A DNA stretch of 64,000 nucleotides from Marsupella aquatica. Its lineage: Eukaryota; Plantae; Marchantiophyta. This document shows, in pieces, positions 48,117-59,238 of the stretch (its first letter is position 1; every line of letters begins with the position of its first letter). The notes under the pieces were generated by a model, which did not search any database, was not told the DNA's origin, and saw nothing but the letters and a program-made list of their open reading frames with translations. The stretch spans positions 18,976,857 to 19,040,856 of the forward strand of contig OZ316893.1 of NCBI GenBank assembly GCA_973895155.1. The letters are read 5' to 3'. Position numbers and translations under genes: made by a program.

Positions 48117-48686
48117 TTGCTGGGCTCTGTTTGGCTGAAGACTTTGGTGGGTATGCTGCCTCTTCCAGACCGTCAGGCCCTATGTAGGGTCCTCCTATGG
48201 GTTGCATCGTGCATGGCTACTGCTTGGGCTTACTTGTGTGGATTGGTAACCAGACAGAGTGTAGCTCCATCCGAGATAATGCCTGCAGACCTTGGATGTG
48301 TTGTGAATGCTGTGGTGAATGAGGATGCACAGTCGGAAGAGGACATTTACTTTTCAGCAGATGAGTTAGACAAGCACGATGCTGTAGGTGGTTCCTTGTT
48401 GCCTGATTTGGCAAATGATATAGTTCTTACACATGTCTGGCCGAGGGTTCTTGTGGTGTCTGGCGCACAAGATATCTGCAAATATAGACTAATTAGTACC
48501 CAGTGGAGGGACTTGGTAGCAACATGTGCACCATGGAGGGCACTACTGCCACTGCTTGTAGGCACGGATCGAAGACCACCATGGCATGAGCAGGGTTTAG
48601 ACCTTGATGACTTAATGTACATGCCTGAGTACCTCAGGGCTGAGTGGCATCGACAACAGGATTGGTATCCGTATTTGATGTGGTAG
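48117..48686 (+). CDS. F-box-domain protein (CACTA cargo), copy 2
   Basis: LLPDLANDIVLTHVWPRV...KYRLISTQWRDLV, with 3 amino-acid differences from copy 1. First ATG at 48153. Confidence 0.65.
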   Translation: MLGSVWLKTLVGMLPLPDRQALCRVLLWVASCMATAWAYLCGLVTRQSVAPSEIMPADLGCVVNAVVNEDAQSEEDIYFSADELDKHDAVGGSLLPDLANDIVLTHVWPRVLVVSGAQDICKYRLISTQWRDLVATCAPWRALLPLLVGTDRRPPWHEQGLDLDDLMYMPEYLRAEWHRQQDWYPYLMW

Positions 48687-49012
48687 TAAGATGAGGACAT
48701 CTCACACCGGTCTCGCACCTGGCACCTGTGTCTATGACTATACATGATTGGACTCTGATATGGTCATGGATGTACGTGCAAAGGCAGTACATGTGAGGAC
48801 AGCGGAGGAGTTGACACCCTCAAACATTTAGGAATTTTGTCTCATTCACTTGAGAATAGGTACATGACTCAGGCACCTATATTTTTTGTTTTTTTGTTTT
48901 TTTGGAACGTTATGTATTTTGGCAAGTACAGTCGGGGGTGAAATCCTTAACAAGAAGTGTATTTTTCACTTGCATAATAAAATGACAGGGTGCTGAGTGC
49001 GTGTGTATAGTG

Positions 49013-52000
49013 ATGGCTCCAAGGTTGCCTCTTCACAACCCATTTAGGATTAGGCATCATGATTCTAAATTATGGATGCGTGAACAAGCCCGGGCCGCCC
49101 AAGGTAGGAGTAGGAGGATGAGATGCCCATGCACACAGTGCCAAGGATTCAAGTCGTTGAGTTTGAACACTGTGCACCTTCACCTGCTGCGGCATGAAAG
49201 GCACCCTCGGTGGAGGGTTTGGAATGTACCAGCAGAAGAAGACTCCTCTGATGAAGAGTGGAGAGCTGACTTTGTGGATTCTAATACAGCTAGGCGTAGA
49301 GACTACGTAGAGCAGGACATAGACTGTGCAGAGGATGGTCCTGGGGTCCAACATGAGAACGTGGATGACCAAGATGGAGATGTAGAGGCAGTCACTGAGG
49401 ACGGTGGGATGGATGTCCCAAGAATGGTTCAAGAGATTTTTGAAGACCTTGATGCTTTTTACGACACAGTGGAATCAGAAAAGGACAATGAACCGCAGCC
49501 ACACATTGGCGACGGCCAAGCTGAACCTGACTTTGACATTGGGGAAGGTGCAGCAGAGAGGGAGTGGGTGTTTGGGGGCCCAAAACACATCAAAGAAGCT
49601 TGCATTCCTATCTACGAGGGGTCGAACTGCTCCAAGCTGGGTTTTGTCGTGTTGTTGTTGAACATCTGTGGCAATCACAATGTTCCCAATATATTTGTGA
49701 CAGAGTTGTTGACCTTCCTGCGCCGAAATGTGTTACCAGATGGTAATTCAATTCCAAAAAATATGTACGAGGCTAGGAAATTGATGTCTAACCTTGGGCT
49801 GAACTATGTGTCTATTGACGCATGCCCTGATGGGTGTGTTCTCTTTCGCAAAGAGCATGCAGATAAATTGACATGCCCTCATTGTGGTAAGCACAGGTAC
49901 AAGAATGTAGGGAAATGTACACACCCTGCCAAGGTTCTTCGTCATTTTCCTCTCATTCCTAGACTACAACGTCTGTTTAGATGCCCTGCCATTTCCAAGC
50001 TGATGACATGGACTCCTGATAACAAGAGCAGTGATGGCCTGCAGCGTCACATTGGAGATTCCAACCATTGGAAATTTGTTGATGAGAGGTGGCCACAGTT
50101 TGCTGCAGAGAAGCGGAACTTTCGATTTGGTCTATCACTGGATGGAGTAAACCCATTTGGAGACAAAAACAACCGTTATTCATGTTGGCCGGTTACGCTG
50201 CTAAATTACAACCTTCCCCCATGGATGACTACAAAGAGGTTTTTTGTCATGATGGTGCTGTTAATCCCTGGACCAGCTTGTGTGACCGAGCAATTCATAG
50301 ATATCATGTTGGCTCCAGCAGTGGAAGAGTGGAAGACTTTGTGGATAGAAGGGGTGTTAACCCATGATGTTCTGAAGGGGCTTCTTCGACCCAGCCCCTT
50401 TAGACTGCATGCAATTTGTTTGCTGGATATAGCAGATTACCCAGGCCATGGCATCATATCTGGACGAGTGACAAAGGGCTATGTGGGGTGCACACCATGT
50501 GGGAAAAATGTGACAAGTGAGTGGTCGCATGCCCTGCACAGTATGAAATTTCAGGGGCATAGAAGGTATCTGCTTGTTGATCATCCTTACAGGCACACAC
50601 GGTCTCAAATTGCACACTTCAACAACAAAACAGAGCTTCGTGGCCCACCACAGAGGATCACCAGAGAGCAAGTCCTGAGGTGGGCAGCCAGGAAGGCTGA
50701 TTGGGACAAGAGAAGTGCCACTGATCGAGAACCTGAGGATCCAGTGGTGAAACACGGTGTGAAAAGACAGACCTTGATGGACTTGGAGTTGGAGTACTGG
50801 AGGGTAATGTACTTAGCCTCCAGCCCCTGTATGATTGCAATTTTAGATTGGAGCAATGGTGGATTGATGTTGGTTACAATCCTCCTATGTGGTTAATTAG
50901 TGTTTCTGTTGTTGAATTCTTTGCTTTGTGGAGTGCAGGAATTCGAGCCCAACAAACACAATGTGGACGTCATGCACATTGAGAAAAATATTTGTGAGAG
51001 CTTGCTGAAGTTCTTGTCGGGTGAGAAAGATACAGGAGCAGTTCGAGCTGATATGCAACAGAAGGGGATTCGCCCTCACCTTTGGTTGAAGCCCCATGCA
51101 AGCAATCCCAATGTACTTCTCAAGTTCCAAGCTCCCTATGTGTGCACACAGGATGAATGGAAGACATTCTTGTATAGATTGAGCTGTCTGAAAGTGCCCT
51201 CTAGCTATGCTGGTGCCTTCAAGAAGCATATTACAAAGAATAAACTTGGCAGTATGAAAACACATGACTACCATGTGTTGATGCAGCACATTCTGCCCCT
51301 ATGCCTCAGAGGTCTCATGCAGAAACCAGTCCGTAATGTCATTCTTCGACTGTGCAATGTATTTCGCCGTATATGTGTGAAAGTGTGGGATCCCCAAGGA
51401 TTGGAGCAGTTGAAGCAGGATGCTGCTTATGTCCTTTGTGACTTGGAGATATACTCCCCCCTGCTTTCTTTGATGTTATGACTCATCTCCTAATCCATGT
51501 GGTAGAAGAGCTAGGGCAGTATGGGCCAGTCAGTACCAGATGGATGTACCCTATGGAGCGATACATGAAGTTGTTGAAAGGTCATGTGAGAACATACTAC
51601 AGGCCAAAGGCTTCCATGGCATTGGGGTACATTAAGGATGAGACGTTGGGATTCCTAACAGAGTACATGGCTGGGTCTGGTGAAGCTATGACAAGAGTTT
51701 GGAAATCTGGTGAAGATGATGGAGTGAGTGGCGAGGTTGTTGAAGGTGTGGGACGTGCTGTTCAACTGCCTGTTGCGATTCGAGACAAGGCTCATTCATA
51801 TGTGCTGGCAAACACAGAGCCTATGCAACCATGGTGGAGGTGAGTGATTGAATTGACTTGCCTTTGTTGTGATGCTTCTTGTCTGTTCCAAGGGTGATCT
51901 TAGGTTGTCATGTGTTGTTTAGACCTAACTATGCCTGTACCTCATATTGCAGGGAATATGATATGCAAAAAGCTGCACACTCTGGGTAGCAGGATCCCTT

Positions 52001-52712
52001 CCCACAGTTCGAGAAGTGGATTCGGGTGACAATTCGAGAGCATAGTAGACATCACCCAGATATGGAGAAGGATTTGTATCTTCTATCTGTGCCACCATGA
52101 TTGTCTATTCTGACCTACAAACGGATGAGAGCTTATGGAAATCATTATCGAGTGAGGGATGAGCAGGGTGACCATTGTGTATCATATGATTGTGGTTTGA
52201 TTTCTGTGTTTGAGCAGAGAACCTCTGAAGAACAGAGGGGGTGGATGAAGATGGGTTACGTGGGGGAGTTGACCGACATTTGGGTGTTGAATTATGGTAA
52301 CACAAGTGTCCCAGTGATATTGATGAAGGGATCATGGGTGAAATCAGAGTGGCAGAGACCAAGGGCCACCATGAAGCGTGATCATGATGGGTTCTTGTTG
52401 GCCAATTTTAGGTCCAGAGTACCAGAATGGTCTGAGCCTTTTGTTTTCCCTAGCCAAGTTGAACAGGCTTTCTTTGCAGATGTGGAGGAGTCACATGGCT
52501 GGAGGGTGGTATGCCATAGCCAAGCACGGAACAGGCGGATGGATGGAAGTAAAGTAGAGTTCAGTTTGGATGACCATGCTGCATTCGAGCATCCTAGTCA
52601 TGAGACTGTACTTCCAACTCGGGCAGGGACTGACTACATCCCCTTAACATTGAGAGAGACATATGATGAACCTGGGCAAATGGAATATGATGAGGTTGAT
52701 GATTTGCAATAG
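49013..52712 (+). pseudogene. tnpD: CACTA TnpD DDE transposase, copy 2 (introns about 50804-50938 and 51840-51952)
   Basis: Same domains as copy 1. GT-AG introns rejoin the frame. There is a 1-bp deletion near 51455 (FPPAFF motif) and stops at 51987 and 52098. Confidence 0.93.
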
Positions 52713-52889
52713 GCAACAGCTGGCGATTGGCAAGTATGAGGTTGAGGATGACTACCTGCACAGAGTCACAGAACGGGAATTGCTGCCTGGAATGATGTTT
52801 AGGATAGTTGGATATGCATGAAATTGATTGATACTTTGAATTTAGTGTGCTGATTCTCCCTGTTTGGTTGTGGGTGCTGTGCAGAAGCT

Positions 52890-55800
52890 ATGGGGGAAGA
52901 GGGTGATGACATGGAGACAGACATGGGGCTTGGAGAGTGGGGTGAAGAGGAAAGATTGGATATGGATGGAGACCCAGATGCAGGGGGCTCACAGAAAAAT
53001 GCACCTGTGCAAGATGCACAGGGCCCTCATCAAGTCCCAGGTAGGTGGGCAGCTAGAGAGAAATCACATAATCCATACCCTAGAAGGAGCCAGAGTTATT
53101 GGCAAGGGACGCCTGATAATTATGATGATGACTATGATGGAGCAGAAGATGGATGGGATGAATATGAACACCCAGAGCGTGGTAGAGACGGGTACAGAGG
53201 GCAATGGAAAGGTGAGGAGGATGATTGGACAAGTAAGTGCCTTGTGCTAGTGATTTTGTGATGGTAGTAGAGATTTAGCTCAATATGCACTTATCTGATG
53301 TGTAGCTAGGGCAAAGAGTTTATCTTACAGGTCCATGAGTGTGGCATGTACCTGTTGGTATGCAGACTCTGATTGGGACAATCACGAAAACAACAAAGGC
53401 CATCCACGTTCAGATAGGAGGCAATCATTCACAGGCGGGAGAAACGCCCCTAATTCATCAAGACAAAGCAATAGGACAGGTGGTCCAGAACCATCTATGC
53501 GCTAAGGGAGAGGTAACTTGGTCATTGCTTGCTCTGAAGTCCACTGTATATTTGGCAGCGGGATTTATGATTCATACTTACCTAATGTAAGTGACTGTAA
53601 ATGGATCCTGTAAATGTGCAGGGACTCCAGGGAGGTTTGGACAATGCAATCCAGGCCGTGGGGGGAGATCAGGCCGTGGAGGGACCCCAGGCCGTGGGGG
53701 GACACCAGGCCATGGAGGGACACCTAGTAGCGCTTCAGGGAGTACCAAGGCAGGAGACAGTAACAAATTTGGTAAAGTAGAAGTGAATTCCGAAGGTTGG
53801 ATAACTCCCACATGTGATGGTAAGAACCGTTGGCATTCTGACCTAAGAGGAGAAGTATTGCGTTGGTTAGATTTGAGCATTATAGAGTTTAGGAGTCAGA
53901 ACAAAGCTGATTGGGCTGCTATCTGCAAGGACATTCTTGAACGGTGGGAGTATGTTGGTAATGATGGTAAGGGCCCAGTTGAAGATTGCATATCAGATTA
54001 TGCAATGAGGATTTTGAAACAAGAGAGGCATAGGTTGAAAAGGATGTGGATAGACAATGGTTCTAACAGGAGAATGCCACCACCCCCATCATTGGAACTG
54101 GATCAATGGACACGGTTAATCAAAGGGTTCATGTCGGAGGCTGGACAGAGCAAGAGTGAACTGATGTCAAATGCTCGAGGCAAAGTGAAACACCTTTCAC
54201 AGGCTGGGAGAGGAAGTTATGCTCCAGTGAAAGAACAATTGGTAAGGCAGTGACATGCCTGATAGTAAGCCTCAAACTTATCATCTTGCTACCATTATTA
54301 CATTTTCATTGACAATCAACACTTGGTTTCATTCATATGTATGTTGATGTGGACTACAGAAGAAATTGACAGGTGAAGAACCATCAGCACAAGAAGTGAG
54401 AGAGGAGTTCATGAAACAAAGGAGTGAGGTGACAAGTGTAACTTCCAAACAGGTGATTATGTTGTAATTCTGTATGTTCTGTGACTATTTGGCCTTGAGC
54501 ATCAGAAAGAAATGTAGTAGGAAGTAAGCAACCAGTTCTTGGGGACAGTTATCTGAGATATGTAAGTTGTGTTATGACAGGGAACTGTTACAACTCTCAT
54601 AGAGATGTGTGAACGGTTGAAGTCATTAGAGTGTGGACTCCCTTGAGTGGAAAGTAAATTGGCTGATCGTTTGGATATTGTGGAGGCATCTGTAGCGAAC
54701 CTTCTTGCATGAGTGGAATCTAATTTCAAGCTTGTGATTGAAAAATTGGGTGGTTCCCAACCAAACAACGAGGGCAACATTGTACAAAGTGTGCCCTTGT
54801 TAACAAAAAAGGGAATTGGCAAATCTGACACAGGTATGGAAATGACACCGGCCCATTGTTCATTGTGTCCTATGTTCAAATGTTAGAAGTAAGTTTTCAT
54901 GAATTGAGTGAATGGTTTGAATGCAGGAAGAGTGGAGGCAGAGAAGGACCCTGTAATCAGTAAGCAGAAGGGCAAGAAGGTTGCTGAGACAGGTAACCTG
55001 CTATGATCCAGTACATTACATTTGAAAAGTGCATGGAGTTTTGTGAAGCTTAAGCCGGTTGGAGGTAATCTTTTCTGTAAGAACTGGTTGGATGAACTGG
55101 GATCTGAAGTGACATCATGATTGATGTATCAGGTGATTCAAAGAGCAATAATGAAGAAGATGTGCCCAGTGCCTCAGTGACCATAGCCAAGGAGGTATCA
55201 GGTAAGCTGATGCTTTAAATTCCTCTATATGAATGTTGAGAAACAATTCAGTGGTTAATAGATTCAACTTGAATATTGTGGTGTGTTTATTGATCAACAG
55301 AAGCAGACATGGAGCATATGGCAATGGCAAAGAAGGGGAAGAAGGCTGTTCATAATGGTAAGGAGATAGTGACAACTTTGTGGTTGGTGACATGTACATT
55401 TAGCACATGTGATGAGTGATTGACTTATGTTGGACATGACACTGAATTGTAGTTGATGCAGAGTTGACAGACTCTCAACCAAGTGGGAGCAGGGTGAAGC
55501 GACGTCGAAACTTGGGAGCAACATTGGATGCAAGTAAGATTGTAGATGCTTCAATTGAAGCAAGTACAATGTTGGCAGATACTGAGATGATGTCACAGAG
55601 AAATCCTGCTACACAATCAGAAGTGTCAAATATGGATGCAGATTCTTTGAAGAAGAGTGTAGCCAATTCTCGATCACCAGCACAAAACACTCGTGCCAAA
55701 GTCATGACTCGCAACCAAGGTATGAATAATGTCATGTATAAGCCACCCAGGAAAGCCAAGAAAAACAGCCAGGGTAAGGTGGAGGTGATAGCCACAGCAG

Positions 55801-56057
55801 AGCCAGTCCATAATCTTCTATCATGGGAGGATGACTCGCAGGTATGTGTGGGTACAGGCATTTTGCGACCGGATCATGCAAAATTCCATGGCAAAGTGGT
55901 CCCGGATGACCATGTAGTAGTGTTGTTGACTACAGTGATTGTATCTGATTGTAATTTGCCATTTCCGAATAGAGACGATGATCCACCTCAGGAAATAATT
56001 GCAGATGCAGTAGGATCTCTTGTGCTTTGGCCATCAGAGTGTGTTAGTCTGCAGTGA
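52890..56057 (+). pseudogene. tnpA: CACTA TnpA-like multi-exon gene, copy 2
   Basis: Acidic N-terminal exon, RGG-repeat plus Transposase_24-like exon (about 53620-54241) and Tnp1-like last exon. Stops near 53503, 54644 and 54710. Confidence 0.75.
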
Positions 56058-56888
56058 CTGAATGCAAGTGTAGATAGAATCATGTGAATTGTGTCACATT
56101 TTGACATTGCCTTGGAAAGATCCAAGAAATATCTGTACCAATTTTTCCATTTGGTAAAGAGGATGAAGGAGCCGTTGTGTGTGACATTGATATTTCTGAA
56201 TTCTGTATGTATGAAACAAGTGATTGATGTCAAACTATGGCTCTATGGTGATTGTCTATGATATTTGAATATGTTTTGTATCATTTCAGTATTAGTGTGT
56301 ATGGTATAGAGGAATACTTTGTGACCTTCTTTGTAGTCTATGAAGTTTGAATCTGTGAATTCATATTAGTGTACATGGTATAGAAGATGGCTTTCTGAAA
56401 CTATGTATTCTAATGTTAACATGATGAATGGTGAACTTATAGAGTGAGTTCATTCCAAGTACACAATAACACATGAATGCAATATGTTATTTGTGCACAA
56501 GAGTGGGTTCATTCCAAGTAGTATAGTGGGGTCTTCATCACTCATATCCAGTTGACATGAAAGACTTATACATACCCCACAAAGTATATTTAAAGACTAC
56601 CCTCCATAATCTTTTTAGTCGTTCCCAACGACTTACCATCTCAGCCCATAAAAGACTGAAAACGACTCACCAAAGCTACCCACACAAAGACTAAAATAGA
56701 CTAAAAATCCAGTCTATTAAACGACTTATAAACCAGTTCTATAAAGGACTCAGTTGATTATAGTAACAAAACATACGACTCGCAGTCCTATAAAGGACTG
56801 GAGTCCTTCCCAGTCGTTTCCAAGTCCTACACGGTACTGAATAGTCATTTAATGGGGTCTAAATACCCCCCGGTTTCTACTAGTGGGA

Positions 56889-58700
56889 GCTAGTTCCTAT
56901 AATGGAACAAGAGGAGCAGATTGATGTTGGTGTATCTCAAATTCAGCCAGCAGCAACAGAAGATCAACAACAAAAGATCAGCCTGAATCATCTACTAGAA
57001 GAACTTCCAATCGTTCTACTAGAGCTTCTACTAGGTATGGACAATGGATAGATTCATCAAGGCTAGACGATGCTGACATTGCACTTGATGATGATGACAA
57101 GGCATTGATCTTGGAAAAAGGAGAACCTTCTTTATATCACGAGGCGTGCATTTTAGATGAGAAAGATGAATGGAATGCAGCAATCAAAAAGAGTTGCACT
57201 CTTTAAGTGACAACAAGACGTGGAAGCTAGTGAAGCTGCCAAGTGACCAACAAGTAATGGATAGCAAGTGTATTTACAAGCTAAATGATAACTCTTTAGA
57301 TGGAGGAGACAAAATATACAAGGCAAGGCTTGTTGCCAAGGGATTCACTGAGGAGAAGGGAGTGGATTACAATAAGGTCTTATCACCAGTTGCCAAGTAT
57401 TCCATGATACAAATTTTATGTCAATTTGTTATATTATTTGATCTGGTGTTAGATCAAATAGATGTTGTTATTACTTTTCTCTATGGCACCTTGGAGGAAA
57501 CAAATTTTCATGAGGCAACCATTGGGCTTTGTGAAGAAGGGCCAAGTGAGTTTAGTTTGCAGGTTGCTTAAGTCCATGTATGGATTGAAGCAAGCTCCTC
57601 GGCAATGAAACAAGCGATTTGATGTTTTCATGCTTACATAATGATTCACTAGGATGGTGTATGACCCTTGTGTGTATACAAAATCAATCAAAAATGGTGT
57701 GTTCGGTTTACTCATTGTGGTGCTCTATGTGGATGACATGTTGATTGTGGCTAAGGATCAATCTGAGGTTGACAAACTCAAAGCGAAACTGAGTTCTGAA
57801 TTCCGAATGAAGGATCTTGGGAAAGCCAAAAGGATCTTAAGGATGGAGATTACGAGGAACTTTGAGACTAGATAGTTGTGGCTGCATCAAGGCAAGTATG
57901 CTAAAAAGGTACTTGCAAGATTCAACATGGAGAATTGTAAGCTAGTAAGTATTCTTTTGGCTCAACATTTTAAGTTATCATTGGCTTTCTGCCCCACGGA
58001 TCCAGTGGAGATAGGCTTGATGACTAAGGTTCCTTATGAGAAGGCAGTGAGCAATCTAATATATTTGATGATGTGTATCAGACCTGATCTAGCCCTAGCT
58101 ATGGGCAAAGTGAGTAGATTCATGTCAAAGGTACACTGTGAGGCTGTGAAATGGATTCCCAAGTATCTCAATGGCACAATAGACTATGGTCTGTTGTTTG
58201 AAAGTAGATCAAACAAAACCAAATCTTTGATTGGCTATGTAGATTTTGACTACGGAGGCTGTCTGGAAACAAGGAGGTCAACAACTGAGTGTGTGTTTAC
58301 TCTTGGAGGAGGATGCATAAGTTGAAGATCTACCTTGCAAAAGTGTGTATCTCAGTCTACTACAAAAGCAGAATATGTTATAGTAACATAAGCAAGAAAG
58401 GAAGCAATTTGGTTGGATAAGCTGGTCATTGAGATGGGATTGGAGCATGGAAAAATGACTATTCATTGTGACAGCCAGAGTGCGTTTCACCTAGCTATTA
58501 ACCAGGTTATGGATAGCAGGGTGAAACACATTGACATCAGGTACCATTTTATTAGGCAATGAGTGTCTAATAAAATGTTTGAGCTAGTCAAGATTGATGG
58601 AAAGCTCAACCCGACTGATGCTTTTACCAAGGTGATTCCTTTGGAGAGTTACTCAAGATACCGTGCTAGTTTGCAAGTTTTGCATTTGCAGCACAATTAG
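56889..58700 (+). pseudogene. pol: Copia reverse transcriptase and RNase H, degenerate
   Basis: NKTWKLVKLP, YKARLVAKGFT, LKSMYGLKQAPRQ, LYVDDMLI, FRMKDLG, GYVDFDY, SQSTTKAEY and KHIDIRYHFIR. Confidence 0.95.
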
Positions 58701-58893
58701 AGTAACTTAACAATATGTAATTTTTGTATATGGGTTACTCAATCCTGTTATGACTACGGTTTAATTCTAGTTAACCCTTAGTTAACCTTAAATGGTTTTT
58801 AGGAAAACACTAATAGTTTTAGGTGATTGTCTAGAATTTTCTACTGAGTATCTCACATGGATAGCAGAAATTGCAGTCCCCAAGAGTAGAGTC

Positions 58894-58902
58894 AAGGGGG
58901 AG
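58894..58902 (+). promoter_or_regulatory. Polypurine tract
   Basis: AAGGGGGAG lies 2 nt before the 3' LTR. Confidence 0.9.
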
Positions 58903-58904
58903 TT

Positions 58905-59238
58905 TGTTAAAGATTGCTCTTAGTCTTGTGACTCATAGATTACGACACTTAGGCTAACCATAGGTACGGTCTTAGCTGAGGTTAGGTTAGTCGTGTGTGA
59001 CCTTGTATATACCAGGGCTAGTGTAAGCCGTTGGGGTGTAGTGCTTGTTCATTGTAATGAAGCAACTTGAGGAAGAGAGAGAGCCTACAGTGTGTTCGAC
59101 TACTCTAAAGTAAAGTTGTTGTGTTCATGTAGACGTAGCCTTGGAGAAGAGGTGAACCACGTATGGATTGTGTCGACTATGTGAGCATGTGATGAGTCAT
59201 GATTGTATCGTTATGAAGAAAAATGTCATAGTTCAACA
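58905..59238 (+). repeat. Copia 3' LTR
   Basis: TGTTAAAG...TTCAACA, a direct repeat of 16753-17086. Confidence 0.95.

Larger units (their letters stand above)
40524..56885 (+). mobile_element. CACTA (En/Spm) DNA transposon, copy 2 (16.36 kb)
   Basis: Same TIRs as copy 1, with 3-bp TSD GGA (40521-40523, 56886-56888). The segment 44065-56885 is the near-identical reverse complement of 18813-31626. Confidence 0.97.
16753..59238 (+). mobile_element. Full-length decayed Ty1/copia LTR retrotransposon hosting nested insertions
   Basis: Two 334-bp TG...CA LTRs, TSD GCTTT (16748-16752) / ACTTT (59239-59243), PBS, PPT, and gag-PR-IN-RT-RH domain order. Confidence 0.95.

Noticed and set aside
18813-56885. 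Inverted duplication as an assembly artefact or fold-back
   Set aside because: The copies differ by scattered substitutions, have distinct TSDs and 5' modules, and copia domains continue in the correct order between them.
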